Below, one piece after another: positions 1 through 9,520 of a DNA stretch of 32,000 nt. A model generated the notes under the pieces. It was not told where the DNA came from. It saw only the letters and a list, made by a program, of their open reading frames with translations, and made no database searches. Every line of letters starts with the position of its first letter. The first letter of the stretch is position 1. A program made the position numbers and the translations under genes. Source of the stretch: Acinetobacter wanghuae (GTDB lineage: Bacteria; Pseudomonadota; Gammaproteobacteria; Pseudomonadales; Moraxellaceae); the NCBI RefSeq assembly GCF_009557235.1, contig NZ_CP045650.1, positions 480,001 through 512,000 on the forward strand. Reading direction: 5' to 3'.

Positions 1-297
1 GCTAAGCTTGAACAGCAAGCGCATGAGGTCTTTAAAGTTTGGGTGACAGACTCTAAGTTAGCAACGAATGTTGCCGAATATGAACAAGCATGGCCTTTTA
101 GCCTGACGGATAACTTCTATTTATCTAAACAAGGTTTGGTCTTGCAATATGCTGAATATGAGATTGGACCGTATGTGGTCGGATTACCCAAATTGGTCAT
201 TCCGTATGAGCAATTACAAGGTGTATTAAAAGCACAATATTTGCCTCAAGCTGAACAAGCAGCTTCAGAGGCAAAACCAAGTACTCAAGCCCATTAA
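1..297 (+). CDS. DUF3298-domain protein, C-terminal part (5' end outside the window)
   Basis: Frame 1 is open from base 1 (AKLEQQAHEVFKVW...), so the track's GTG at 43 is probably internal. The motif LVLQYAEYEIGPYVVGLPKLVIPYEQL resembles DUF3298/RsiV-PdaC C-terminal domains from memory. The stop TAA at 295-297 overlaps the tatD ATG (TAATG). Confidence 0.6.
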   Translation, partial: AKLEQQAHEVFKVWVTDSKLATNVAEYEQAWPFSLTDNFYLSKQGLVLQYAEYEIGPYVVGLPKLVIPYEQLQGVLKAQYLPQAEQAASEAKPSTQAH

Positions 298-1124
298 TGC
301 CTTTTAAACTATTTGATACCCATACCCATTTTGATGTTCCCGATTTTGATCATGATCGGGAACAGCTTGCCTATGCTGCAAAAGAAGCAGGGGTCGAGGG
401 TTTAGTATTGATTGGTTTTTTACAGCATAGATTTAACGATTTAGTTAAAACGCATCATTTTTTGAATCAATTAACAGATGCTCCAAAAAGCTATTTAGCG
501 CCGGGTTTACATCCATTTTATATTGAAGATCATCAGCCTGAACATTTGGCTCATTTAGAGCAACTGTTGCAAACGGAGCCTTGCATTGCGATTGGTGAAA
601 TTGGTTTAGATACCTTTCTCAAACAGCATAAACAGCCTGAGATTTTACAAAAGCAAAAACAGTATTTTGCTGCGCAAATTGACCTTGCTAAACAGTTTGA
701 TAAGCCGATTTTGCTGCATATTCGTAAATCGCATGCTGATGTTTTAAAAATGTTAAAAGACCAAAAGTTTCCACATGGCGGTATTGCACATGCTTTTGGG
801 GGCGGAGTAGAGGAAGCCAAAGCTTTTATTAAACTTGGTTTTAAGATTGGCATTACCGGTCAAATCACCAATCCTAATGCACGTAAACTACATGAAGTAG
901 TACAACGTGTAGGCAGAGAGCATTTGGTTTTAGAAACCGATTGTCCAGACATGACGCCACTATGCTGTCAGTCTTCGACAGCGCATCGCACGCGAAATAC
1001 ACCGGTCAATTTGCCTTATGTCTTGGATGGTTTGGCAAAAAGTTTATCCATAGATCAAGCACAATTGGCAGAGCAACTTTGGCATAACACATTACAAGCA
1101 TTAAAGCTTGATTCAGCAGATTAA
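297..1124 (+). CDS. TatD-family metal-dependent hydrolase/DNase
   Basis: 275 aa. It has an N-terminal FDTHTHFD motif, IGEIGLD, and later H and D metal ligands (LLHIRKSH, ETDCPDM) typical of TatD/YjjV hydrolases. Confidence 0.88.
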   Translation: MPFKLFDTHTHFDVPDFDHDREQLAYAAKEAGVEGLVLIGFLQHRFNDLVKTHHFLNQLTDAPKSYLAPGLHPFYIEDHQPEHLAHLEQLLQTEPCIAIGEIGLDTFLKQHKQPEILQKQKQYFAAQIDLAKQFDKPILLHIRKSHADVLKMLKDQKFPHGGIAHAFGGGVEEAKAFIKLGFKIGITGQITNPNARKLHEVVQRVGREHLVLETDCPDMTPLCCQSSTAHRTRNTPVNLPYVLDGLAKSLSIDQAQLAEQLWHNTLQALKLDSAD

Positions 1125-1252
1125 ACTTTCCAATATTGATCTGTGAGCTGTTTTAGCAATTGATCGAACATGAAAAAAAAGATGCATTATGCAATTTCTA
1201 AAATGCGCTAGACTTGGCATCATGCATCTATATTATTTTGAGTGAGATTCAC

Positions 1253-2059
1253 ATGGCACAAGGACTTTTGGCGGGTAAACGCTTTTTGATCGCAGGTATT
1301 GCAAGTAAATTATCCATTGCTTTTGGTATTGCTCAAGCTTTACATCGCGAAGGTGCGGAACTCGCTTTTACCTATCCCAATGAGAAACTAAAAAAACGTG
1401 TCGATGATTTTGCTGCACAATTTGGTTCTGAATTGGTCTTTCCGTGTGATGTCGCTGTAGATGCTGAAATTGACCAAGCATTTGTTGAACTGGCAAAACA
1501 TTGGGATGGTTTAGATGGCGTGGTGCATTCGATTGGATTTGCACCAGCACATACACTTGATGGCGACTTTACTGATATTACCGACCGTGACGGCTTTAAA
1601 ATTGCCCATGACATTAGTGCATATAGCTTTATTGCGATGGCACGTGCGGCAAAACCGTTATTGGCTGCACGCCAAGGCTGTTTATTAACGCTAACTTATC
1701 AAGGTTCTGAGCGTGTAATGCCGAACTACAACGTGATGGGTATGGCAAAAGCATCATTAGAAGCAGGCGTGCGTTATTTGGCATCGAGCTTGGGTGCAGA
1801 AGGCATTCGTGTCAATGCGATCTCTGCGGGTCCAATTCGTACACTTGCGGCATCAGGTATTAAGTCATTCCGTAAGATGCTTGATCTAAATGAAAAAGTT
1901 GCGCCATTAAAACGTAATGTGACGATTGAAGATGTGGGTAATGCTGCATTATTCCTTTGCTCGCCATGGGCTTCAGGCATTACTGGTGAAATTCTATATG
2001 TAGATGCCGGCTTTAATACTGTCGGTATGAGTGCTGAATTGATGTTGGATGCTGAATAA
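1253..2059 (+). CDS. fabI: Enoyl-[acyl-carrier-protein] reductase (NADH) FabI
   Basis: [41 protein letters not shown]...[20 protein letters not shown]...[16 protein letters not shown] aligns along its length with E. coli FabI. ATG 1253 is preferred over the track's upstream TTG at 1214, whose 13-aa extension has no FabI counterpart. Confidence 0.95.
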   Translation: MAQGLLAGKRFLIAGIASKLSIAFGIAQALHREGAELAFTYPNEKLKKRVDDFAAQFGSELVFPCDVAVDAEIDQAFVELAKHWDGLDGVVHSIGFAPAHTLDGDFTDITDRDGFKIAHDISAYSFIAMARAAKPLLAARQGCLLTLTYQGSERVMPNYNVMGMAKASLEAGVRYLASSLGAEGIRVNAISAGPIRTLAASGIKSFRKMLDLNEKVAPLKRNVTIEDVGNAALFLCSPWASGITGEILYVDAGFNTVGMSAELMLDAE

Positions 2060-2071
2060 GCCTTGTGAAGT

Positions 2072-2154
2072 CCCCCTTTAATAAAGGGGGATTTAGGGGG
2101 ATTAACACTTTATAATCTCCCCAGACCCCTCTTTAAAAAAGAGGGGCTTTGGGG
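2072..2154. repeat. REP-like intergenic hairpin cluster (G/C-stem, A/T-loop palindromes)
   Basis: Hairpin cccccttt-aat-aaaggggg lies at 2072-2090. The linker gatttagggggatta follows. A compound hairpin at 2119-2154 has the core cccctcttt-aaa-aaagagggg (2126-2146). The same architecture and the GGGATTA linker recur at 14601-14758. Confidence 0.7.
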
Positions 2155-2157
2155 CAT

Positions 2158-2186
2158 AAAAAAGACCGCAATTGCGGTCTTTTTTA
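2158..2186. terminator. Bidirectional rho-independent terminator between convergent fabI and secB
   Basis: aaaaaa-gaccgc-aatt-gcggtc-tttttt: a perfect stem flanked by an A-run and a T-run, between two convergent stop codons. Confidence 0.8.
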
Positions 2187-2203
2187 GATCTAAAGGAAAG
2201 CGA

Positions 2204-2662
2204 TTAAGCTTGACCTTCAGGTGCAGCAGCTTGTGCACGTTGCATATTCGCTTCAAATTCAGCATCGAAGTTGATTGGCGTAAGAAGCAATTGTGGGAAG
2301 CTACCTTTTGTAACCATGTCATTCACCGCTTCACGAAGGAATGGGAACAAAATGTTCGGGCAGTATGCGCCAAGAATGTAAGGCAGACGTTCTTCTTCAA
2401 CGCCATCAATCAGGAAAATACCCGCTTGAGTCACGTCAACGATGAATGCTGTATCACCTTCATTCGTTGCTTGAACAACAACTTTTAAAGCCACCTCAAA
2501 ATGAGTTTCATCAATTTTTTCTGCAGAAGAAGAAAGGTTGATGTTTAACTCAGGTTGCCATTGCTTGGTAAAAACTTGCGCCCCAGGTACTTCAAAAGAA
2601 ATATCTTTAGTATAAATACGCTCTAATGCCAATTGTGGCTGAGCTTGTTGTTCTTCACTCAT
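2204..2662 (-). CDS. secB: Protein-export chaperone SecB
   Basis: 152 aa. [33 protein letters not shown]...[18 protein letters not shown] is the SecB signature region. The rhodanese-grxC-secB context matches the E. coli yibN-grxC-secB operon. Confidence 0.95.
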   Translation of the reverse strand: MSEEQQAQPQLALERIYTKDISFEVPGAQVFTKQWQPELNINLSSSAEKIDETHFEVALKVVVQATNEGDTAFIVDVTQAGIFLIDGVEEERLPYILGAYCPNILFPFLREAVNDMVTKGSFPQLLLTPINFDAEFEANMQRAQAAAPEGQA

Positions 2663-2700
2663 TCTTTATTCCTTCATATGAGGTGATGTTTAAATCTAAG

Positions 2701-2954
2701 TTACGCCAATAATTCGTCAAGTTTGCCTTCACGCTCTAAGGCATAAAGTTGGTCAAACCCACCGATAAATTGATCATTAATAAAAATCTGTGGAACAGTA
2801 CGATGATTCGTACGCTGCATCAAATCAAGACGAACCTGTGGGCTTCCTGAGATAAGTTGATGTCAGTATAAGCAACACCTTTACGCTCAAGGAGTTGTTT
2901 CGCGCGAACGCAATATGGACAAACAGTGGTCGAATAAATCTTAACTTCAGCCAT
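2701..2954 (-). pseudogene. grxC: Glutaredoxin 3 (grxC) interrupted by a 1-nt frameshift
   Basis: The minus-strand ATG at 2954 gives MAEVKIYSTTVCPYCVRAKQLLERKGVAYTDINLS and then a premature TGA at 2822-2820. Shifting one base near 2848-2856 restores SGSPQVRLDLMQRTNHRTVPQIFINDQFIGGFDQLYALEREGKLDELLA* (stop at 2703-2701). The span is 254 nt, i.e. 3n-1. The ORF is absent from the ORF track because each half is short. Confidence 0.85.
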
Positions 2955-2974
2955 GATCAATCTCCTCTTGCTGA

Positions 2975-3382
2975 TTATTTGCTTTTTACCAAAGGTAAAC
3001 CTTGGGCTTTCCAGTTGCTTACACCACCGTCAAGACGGTAGCTATCTGCATGACCGACTTGTTGTAGGGCAGTTCCTGCAACTTGACCCAAATTACAAAT
3101 GAACACCAACGGGCGATCAGATGTTTTTAACTCTTCAACATGTTTTGTAAGTTGGCTATACGGAATGCTACGGCTACCGCTGATATGACCTTCGCGGAAA
3201 TCTTTCCCATCACGTAAATCAATCAACATGGCATTTTTAGCTTTTACTAAAATACCCAAAGATTGTGGAGAGATTTTACGTCCGCCACGTTGACCTTCAA
3301 TGATGAAGAATAAAACCACGAGTACCGCAAGTGCGCCAAACAAGAAGGGATGATTCCCCATAAACTCGAACCAACGTTCCAC
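2975..3382 (-). CDS. Membrane-anchored rhodanese-domain protein (YibN-like)
   Basis: 135 aa. It has an N-terminal TM helix (FLFGALAVLVVLFFII), then a rhodanese fold with an active-site-like loop (FICNLGQVAG). The GTG start has AGGTGA just upstream. Its position upstream of grxC-secB matches E. coli yibN. Confidence 0.85.
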   Translation of the reverse strand: MERWFEFMGNHPFLFGALAVLVVLFFIIEGQRGGRKISPQSLGILVKAKNAMLIDLRDGKDFREGHISGSRSIPYSQLTKHVEELKTSDRPLVFICNLGQVAGTALQQVGHADSYRLDGGVSNWKAQGLPLVKSK

Positions 3383-3476
3383 AATTCACCTAATTACAAT
3401 TTTAAAATTGCTAAGAGTATAGCTCATAAATATGGTGATCAAAATCACCGCTTCAAGGGCAGCAGCAGAATAAAAA

Positions 3477-4535
3477 CTAATTTTTTTGCTGTGCTTCCGT
3501 AATTTCATCAATTAGACGCAAATAACTGTCCAAACGACGCTGCAAGATTTCACCGTTTTCTGCGGCTAGACGCAAAGCACATTTTTTCTCATGTTTATGC
3601 GTACAGTTACGGAATTGGCAATGTCCGAGTAAATTTTCAATTTCAGGGAAGCCGGTTTGAACTTTATCTAAATTCAAATGCCACAAACCAAATTCACGAA
3701 TTCCCGGAGAGTCAATCAGTGCTGCACCTTCACCAAAACCAATTAAGCGGGTTGACGTGGTGGTATGCTGACCAAGCGCAGAATTTTCAGAAATAATATT
3801 GGTTTTCTGTGCAGCGTCCGGCACGATCGCATTAATCAGGGTACTTTTACCGACACCTGATTGACCGACAAATGCCACAGTTTCATGTTGAAGGCGTGCA
3901 GATAATTCGCTTAAATCACCTGCCGATTGCGTCTGCATCACTTCATAGCCCAAATCTTCATATTCTTTCAGAAGCTTGAGAATGTGATCATCTTCTTTGA
4001 GTAAGTCCGATTTATTCATCACTAAAAGTGCAGGAATTTTAGCATCCGCACATGCCACTAAGTAACGATCGATCAGACCTGGAGCTGGTTCAGGCAATGG
4101 TGCAAACACAATCACAATCAGTGAAATATTGGCTGCAACCGGTTTAACCTTGTGATAACGGTCAGGACGGGTCAATAAAGATTGGCGCGGATGAATCGCG
4201 GTAATAATGCCCAAACCTGTATTTGGATCGGCCTGCCATTTAACACGATCGCCTGTAACCAATAAATCGAGATTGGTACGAGTATGACAGCGCCATACAC
4301 TGCCCAGTTCAATCTCTTTCCAAGCGGGTTCAGGTTCGCCTTCTGCCACAACAGGTTTTTCGGGATGAATTGCAGGAGTAGACAGCGTCTGGACTTCAAG
4401 TTGACGCCCATAATGCTGGACCACCAAACCTTCTAAATCGTCAGAGGTATCAAGATCTTCTTGACGTGTTTTTTGCTGTTTCTGAATACGACGTTGTTGT
4501 TGTTCAGTTAAACGACGTTTACGTATTAAAGCCAT
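3477..4535 (-). CDS. rsgA: Ribosome small-subunit-dependent GTPase A (RsgA/YjeQ)
   Basis: 352 aa. It has a circularly permuted GTPase order (NKSDL ... GQSGVGKSTLIN), a C-terminal zinc knuckle (CQFRNCTHKHEKKCA), and a basic N-terminal tail. Confidence 0.93.
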   Translation of the reverse strand: MALIRKRRLTEQQQRRIQKQQKTRQEDLDTSDDLEGLVVQHYGRQLEVQTLSTPAIHPEKPVVAEGEPEPAWKEIELGSVWRCHTRTNLDLLVTGDRVKWQADPNTGLGIITAIHPRQSLLTRPDRYHKVKPVAANISLIVIVFAPLPEPAPGLIDRYLVACADAKIPALLVMNKSDLLKEDDHILKLLKEYEDLGYEVMQTQSAGDLSELSARLQHETVAFVGQSGVGKSTLINAIVPDAAQKTNIISENSALGQHTTTSTRLIGFGEGAALIDSPGIREFGLWHLNLDKVQTGFPEIENLLGHCQFRNCTHKHEKKCALRLAAENGEILQRRLDSYLRLIDEITEAQQKN

Positions 4536-4658
4536 TCAAATCCTAAAAAACCATGGGAGCGAGATGGCAAAAATAGCATGAAGCAGGGGGGTAATTACAG
4601 CCAAGTCATAAGAAATTTGCTACTATGTTGTTTTTAAGCTGATTAAGATTGCACAATT

Positions 4659-5216
4659 ATGAGCAGCACCCCTGATAGCCGATTGATTTGGATTGACCTT
4701 GAAATGACAGGTCTAGATACTGATAACGACCAAATTATTGAAATTGCGACGATTGTAACCGACGACAATTTAAACATTCTGGCAGAAGGTCCTGTGCTTG
4801 CGGTGCACCAGTCTCCAATTCTGTTAAATGCGATGGATGAGTGGAATACACGCCAACATGGTCAGTCAGGTCTGATTGAACGTGTACGCCGTAGTAAATT
4901 AACAGCACAAGACGCAGAGCAACAAACATTAGAATTTTTGAAAAAATGGGTCAATCCGAAGACTTCACCGATGTGCGGTAACTCGATTTGCCAAGATCGT
5001 CGCTTCATGCACCGTTTAATGCCTGAACTTGAACAATTCTTCCATTACCGTAATTTGGATGTCTCTTCTATTAAAGAATTAGCAAAACGCTGGCGCCCTG
5101 AAATTATGGATGGCTTAAAGAAAAATGCATCGCATTTGGCGATGGATGACATCCGTGATTCAATTGCAGAATTGAAATACTACCGTGACTATTTCTTTAT
5201 CATGAATAAAGACTAA
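4659..5216 (+). CDS. orn: Oligoribonuclease
   Basis: 185 aa. [12 protein letters not shown]...[10 protein letters not shown]...[12 protein letters not shown]...[17 protein letters not shown]...[18 protein letters not shown] is near-collinear with E. coli Orn. It is divergent from rsgA, as in enterics. Confidence 0.95.
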   Translation: MSSTPDSRLIWIDLEMTGLDTDNDQIIEIATIVTDDNLNILAEGPVLAVHQSPILLNAMDEWNTRQHGQSGLIERVRRSKLTAQDAEQQTLEFLKKWVNPKTSPMCGNSICQDRRFMHRLMPELEQFFHYRNLDVSSIKELAKRWRPEIMDGLKKNASHLAMDDIRDSIAELKYYRDYFFIMNKD

Positions 5217-5230
5217 GTTATAAGAATTCA

Positions 5231-5256
5231 AAAAGGGGCGAAAGCCTCTTTTTTTA
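5231..5256 (+). terminator. Rho-independent terminator after orn
   Basis: aggggc-gaaa-gcctct stem-loop (one G-U pair) followed by a T7 run, 15 nt after the orn stop. Confidence 0.65.
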
Positions 5257-5341
5257 TTTCATAATCTTGACTTGTATTTTGTCAGAAAAAAAACATCGAA
5301 TTTGCTAAAATAGCCGCTGATTTAACTCTGCCTCAAGACTT

Positions 5342-6112
5342 ATGACTGATTTGCTCCAAGACGATGAATATGACCGCCGCTTTGCGGGTGTTGCCAAAAT
5401 TTATGGCGAAGACAGCTTTAGTCATTATGAAAAAAGTCATGTCATGGTCATTGGGATTGGTGGCGTAGGGTCATGGGCAGTGGAAGCATTGGCGCGTACA
5501 GGTGTAGGCGAGCTTACTTTGGTCGATATGGATGTGGTCGCTGCATCTAATATTAATCGTCAGTTGCCTGCCATGAGTACCACTTTAGGACATGAAAAAA
5601 TTGAAGTCATGGCAGAACGTTGCCGTGCGATTAATCCGCGCATTAAAATCAATTTGATTGATGATTATCTAACACCTGAGAATGTTAAAGACGTGCTCGC
5701 CGGCAGTCCTGACATTATTTTAGACTGTATTGATGATGTCAAAGCCAAGTTTGCACTCATGCTGCATTGCCGTTTTAACAAAATTCCATTGATTGTCTCG
5801 GGTGGCGCAGGGGGTAAACTTGATCCACTGAAAATACGTGTCGCAGATTTATCAAAAACTGAACAAGACCCAATGCTTGCAAAGCTTCGTGCACAGCTAC
5901 GTAGCAAAGGCATTTGTAAAAAACTAAAAGAAAAATTCGGTATTACCTGCGTGTATTCGATTGATAATCCGTTTTCAAGTGCGGATGTTTGTCCAAGCGC
6001 GGGCTTACGTTGTGGTGGCTATGGTTCAGCTGTGGTCGTGACGTCAAGTTTTGCCATGGTGGCTGTGTCTGAAGTCCTGAAGAAATTAGATGCTAAACGG
6101 GCAAAAGCCTGA
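5342..6112 (+). CDS. tcdA: tRNA threonylcarbamoyladenosine dehydratase (ThiF/E1-like, TcdA/CsdL)
   Basis: 256 aa. RFAGVAKIYGE...VIGIGGVGSWAVEALARTGVGELTLVDMD...NINRQ...VMAERCRAINP...SGGAGGKLDP matches E. coli TcdA (YgdL) closely. Confidence 0.9.
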   Translation: MTDLLQDDEYDRRFAGVAKIYGEDSFSHYEKSHVMVIGIGGVGSWAVEALARTGVGELTLVDMDVVAASNINRQLPAMSTTLGHEKIEVMAERCRAINPRIKINLIDDYLTPENVKDVLAGSPDIILDCIDDVKAKFALMLHCRFNKIPLIVSGGAGGKLDPLKIRVADLSKTEQDPMLAKLRAQLRSKGICKKLKEKFGITCVYSIDNPFSSADVCPSAGLRCGGYGSAVVVTSSFAMVAVSEVLKKLDAKRAKA

Positions 6113-6123
6113 TTTACAAAATT

Positions 6124-6150
6124 AAAAGCACGATCTATGTGCTTTTTTTT
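6124..6150 (+). terminator. Rho-independent terminator after tcdA
   Basis: aaaagcac-gatctat-gtgctttttttt: a short stem with a T8 run, 12 nt after the stop. Confidence 0.6.
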
Positions 6151-6210
6151 ATATGCAGTCTAAAATGAATGTATTCATTCATATAACAAAAACAATGTAT
6201 TGGAGCCGCT

Positions 6211-8034
6211 ATGTGGTTTTTATTGGTGCTGATTTTGGGGATCGCAGCCTTAAGTGTTTGGATGTGGAAGCGTCCAGATCCGGTCAAACGTGACCAAGCC
6301 AAAGCAGTTCATCATGACTTATGGATTGAACAAATTGATGCGCAGCTGAAACATGCTTTGCGTTTAATTTCAGATCCGATTCAGCCGAATTATGAACGCG
6401 GTTTCGATATTTTAAATCAATTGGCACAGCAACAAGATATCCCGCAAGCGTATATGCATATGGGGCTGATGCATTTGAATGGTTGGGGTCGACCGCAAAG
6501 TACTGAAAGTGCGATTGGTTTATTGGACAATGCCTTTCGGCTCGGTAGTGATGAAGCGGCTTATCATTTGGGGCGTATTTATGAAACAGATGACTATGCG
6601 CATCAAGATGTAGAAAAAGCCTTATATTGGTATCGACATGCGGTTGCACGTGGCAATGTTGAAGCCCAACTTAAAATCAGTGAGCTTGCGGCTCAAGACG
6701 AACATAGCATTGCCGAGCAGAAACATGAGTTATTGCAAAAAAATGCGGATCAAGGGCATGCCAATTCACAATTTCAATTATCGCAATATTATTTAAAAGA
6801 CTCAGATCAGCAAGATTTGAGCTTGGGTATTCATTATTTATTCTTAGCCGCACAGCAAGATCATTTGGCTGCCAATCAACAGATTGCACATTATTATTCG
6901 CATGGACAGATCCTTGAATACGATCCCGTTCAAGCCTTGCAATTTATGAAGCGTAGCGTGGCGTTGGGCGATCAGCAAAGTCTGTATGCTTATTATGCGG
7001 GTGTGTTAAATGGTCGAATTGATATTGATCAACGGCAACGTGTATTGCAACATTTACAGCAACAATCTCAAGAACATAAGGATTCCTCTGCAAAAACGTT
7101 ATTAGGTTTGGCTTATTTTCATGGCTGGTATGTTAAGAAAAATGAAACTATGGCTTATCGCTATTGGGATGAAGCCGCAAAACTAAAACATCCTGATGCA
7201 ATGTGTATGATTGCTGCCTTGTATTTTGAGGAGTACATTGTTGAGGGTGGAGCTGAAAAAGCGTTTGAGTTATATCAACAAGCGCTTCAGATTCATCCGC
7301 AGCATCTTCATGCCCAGATGGGCTTGGCATTGTGTTACATGAGCGGTATTGGGATTGCTAAAGATACCTATCAAGCAACACGCTTGATTCAATCCTCGGT
7401 TAAAGAGCATTGGCAGTTTAACGCATCCTCTGAAGCAGATTTGATTTATAGCGTGGGGCGTTTTTATAGTCTGCCTGAATATCCATTGCCAACGCGTGCT
7501 AAAGCTGTTCATTATCTGAATCAAGCCGTGTCAAAAGGCTCAAAAGATGCAGCGTGGTATTTTTATCAAGCATTGAGCGGTGTATTGTTAATTTTTGAAG
7601 AAAATGAAGCATTGGCAAAACGCTATTTACATGAGGCGGCACAACTTGGACATACACAAGCGCAGGCTAAAATCGGTCATATGTATTTAATGGGTGAGGG
7701 TGTTGAGCAAGATTTAGCGTTGGGTCTGAAATATGTACAGCAAAGTGCAGTACAAATGAATGGTTCCGCGTTGAATACATTGGGTGAAGCTTATGAGAAT
7801 GGTTTCGGGGTTGAGCCTGATATTCAGCAAGCGATTCGTTATTATGTTCAGGCTGCTGCTAAAGTGAACCCAGATGCGTACAGCCATTTAGGGCGTTTAT
7901 ATACCAAAGGCATTGGGGTTGAACGTGATGTCAATATCGCACGTGAATGGCTCGAAAAAGGCAGTTTACTGGGACATGAAGGCTCTCAGACCTTATTAAA
8001 AAATGTAAATGCATATTTAGAGATGAATGAATAG
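6211..8034 (+). CDS. Sel1-like repeat (SLR/TPR-family) protein with an N-terminal membrane anchor
   Basis: 607 aa. An N-terminal hydrophobic helix (MWFLLVLILGIAALSVWMW) is followed by many about-36-aa units of the Sel1 type (e.g. AQAKIGHMYLMGEGVEQDLALGLKYVQQSA, ALNTLGEAYENGFGVEPDIQQAIRYYVQAA, AYSHLGRLYTKGIGVERDVNIAREWLEKGS). Confidence 0.85.
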   Translation: MWFLLVLILGIAALSVWMWKRPDPVKRDQAKAVHHDLWIEQIDAQLKHALRLISDPIQPNYERGFDILNQLAQQQDIPQAYMHMGLMHLNGWGRPQSTESAIGLLDNAFRLGSDEAAYHLGRIYETDDYAHQDVEKALYWYRHAVARGNVEAQLKISELAAQDEHSIAEQKHELLQKNADQGHANSQFQLSQYYLKDSDQQDLSLGIHYLFLAAQQDHLAANQQIAHYYSHGQILEYDPVQALQFMKRSVALGDQQSLYAYYAGVLNGRIDIDQRQRVLQHLQQQSQEHKDSSAKTLLGLAYFHGWYVKKNETMAYRYWDEAAKLKHPDAMCMIAALYFEEYIVEGGAEKAFELYQQALQIHPQHLHAQMGLALCYMSGIGIAKDTYQATRLIQSSVKEHWQFNASSEADLIYSVGRFYSLPEYPLPTRAKAVHYLNQAVSKGSKDAAWYFYQALSGVLLIFEENEALAKRYLHEAAQLGHTQAQAKIGHMYLMGEGVEQDLALGLKYVQQSAVQMNGSALNTLGEAYENGFGVEPDIQQAIRYYVQAAAKVNPDAYSHLGRLYTKGIGVERDVNIAREWLEKGSLLGHEGSQTLLKNVNAYLEMNE

Positions 8035-8050
8035 TTAACAATTAGGCATA

Positions 8051-8080
8051 AAAAACCGAAGCCTGAGCTTCGGTTTTTTT
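8051..8080. terminator. Bidirectional terminator between the convergent Sel1-repeat gene and the efflux operon
   Basis: aaaaaccgaagc-ctga-gcttcggttttttt: a perfect GC-rich stem with flanking A- and T-runs. Confidence 0.85.
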
Positions 8081-8091
8081 CATTTTAAAGA

Positions 8092-9510
8092 TTAAGGCAA
8101 TTGTTGAATTGGACTACCACCTAAGGCTTGCATGAGTGTGACATAGGCATTGTATTGGCTTTGTTTGGTTTGAATTAAAGTTAAACGTGCATTACGCAGG
8201 GTTTCTTGCGTATCTAACAAGTTCTTTAATGCAACCGCGCCATTACGATAACGAACTTCCGTTAAACGCGCCGTTTTCTCTGCCAACTCAACATTACGTT
8301 GTTGCAGTTGGACTTGTTTGTTGATTTCGTTACGAGCTGAAAGTGCATTTTCAACATCAGCAAAGGCTTCATACATCGTTTGACGATATTGCAAAATCGA
8401 TTTTTCATAATCGAGTTCATTGACCTGCAAATCACGCTTCATGTCGTTCCATTGCAAGAACGGCAAAGTTAAACCTGCGCCTAAGGTTGCTACAGGATTT
8501 TTCAATGCGCTCGAGAGTGATGAGCTTGTTCCTACACCCGTCGACAATGCGCCAGTCAAACTAATCGAAGGGTAATAACTGGCTTTATTAGCATCTTTAT
8601 TGGCTAAGGCTTTACGCAAACGTAGTTCCGCTGCTTGTAGATCTGGACGACGTGCCAATAAACTTGCGGGTAAGCCGGCTTGAATCGTCGGTAGCTGAAT
8701 ATTGGCTAAGCGCGAAGGCTCACTAAAGTTTAGCTGTTGAACTGGCTCATTTAACAGAACTGCTAAAGCCGTGCGAGTTTCCACACGTTGCTGATCAATC
8801 TGACTCAGGTTCGATTTTTGGCTTTGAATGGCTTGTTCGGCTTGGGTTAAATCTAAACCTGATACGGCACCTGCGCGATATTGCACTTGGACTAAATCAT
8901 AGGTTTTTTGCGCAGTCGCTAAGTTTTGCTGAACCACGCTATAACGCTCATTCAGGTAGCCTAACTGCCAATATAACTGCGCTGTTGTACCAATTAGGCT
9001 TTGCGCAGTCGCTTGTAAGTCTTGCTCGGTCGCCAAGGCTTCCCAACGCGACGCTTCCGTTTGATTGGCAAGTTTGCCAAACAAATCGAGTTCATAACTT
9101 AAACCGGGATAGTTTAAGTTAATGCCACGTGAAGAGCTGCCACCACCATCCAATTCAAATGCGCGACCTGTTGAGACACTCGCATTACTGACTCGAATGC
9201 CCTGTTGGCTTGCACTTTGTTTGGCTTGAATACGCGCTTGTTGCAAGTTAATGCCAGCAACTGCTAAATCAGTATTGCGTGCGAGCACTTGATCGACCAA
9301 TGCATTTAACTGAGGATCTTGAAATAAAGTCCACCATTGATCAGCTAAAACGCGTTCATGAATCTGCTGATTCAAACCTGAACTGTTTTGGAAGTGACTT
9401 GGAATCTGAATGCTGGGTTGTTCATAAGGCGTTTTGACCACAGCAGCACAGCCGACCAAAGAACTAGCGAGAACAAGGGCACTGGCAAGTTTGGTTAAAT
9501 TCATTTGCAT
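8092..9510 (-). CDS. Efflux transporter outer-membrane factor lipoprotein (NodT/OprM-TolC family)
   Basis: It has a lipoprotein signal MQMNLTKLASALVLASSLVGC and two OEP repeat halves (e.g. ARRPDLQAAELRLRKA). It lies immediately downstream of macB. ATG 9510 is preferred over the track start at 9540, which would overlap the macB 3' end. Confidence 0.9.
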   Translation of the reverse strand: MQMNLTKLASALVLASSLVGCAAVVKTPYEQPSIQIPSHFQNSSGLNQQIHERVLADQWWTLFQDPQLNALVDQVLARNTDLAVAGINLQQARIQAKQSASQQGIRVSNASVSTGRAFELDGGGSSSRGINLNYPGLSYELDLFGKLANQTEASRWEALATEQDLQATAQSLIGTTAQLYWQLGYLNERYSVVQQNLATAQKTYDLVQVQYRAGAVSGLDLTQAEQAIQSQKSNLSQIDQQRVETRTALAVLLNEPVQQLNFSEPSRLANIQLPTIQAGLPASLLARRPDLQAAELRLRKALANKDANKASYYPSISLTGALSTGVGTSSSLSSALKNPVATLGAGLTLPFLQWNDMKRDLQVNELDYEKSILQYRQTMYEAFADVENALSARNEINKQVQLQQRNVELAEKTARLTEVRYRNGAVALKNLLDTQETLRNARLTLIQTKQSQYNAYVTLMQALGGSPIQQLP

Positions 9511-9520
9511 GACATATTCC

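Noticed and set aside
2110-2322. 70-aa minus-strand ORF spanning the fabI/secB gap
   Set aside because: It is a read-through of the REP-like hairpins and terminator (..FFMPQSPSFLKRGLGRL) and overlaps the 3' end of secB in another frame. It is an artefact of palindromic DNA.
6211-8034. The Sel1-repeat protein as a possible virulence or toxin-immunity related novelty
   Set aside because: SLR proteins are common adaptor or scaffold proteins. It has no partner genes, compositional anomaly or mobile context here, so I cannot support a specific hypothesis from the sequence alone.
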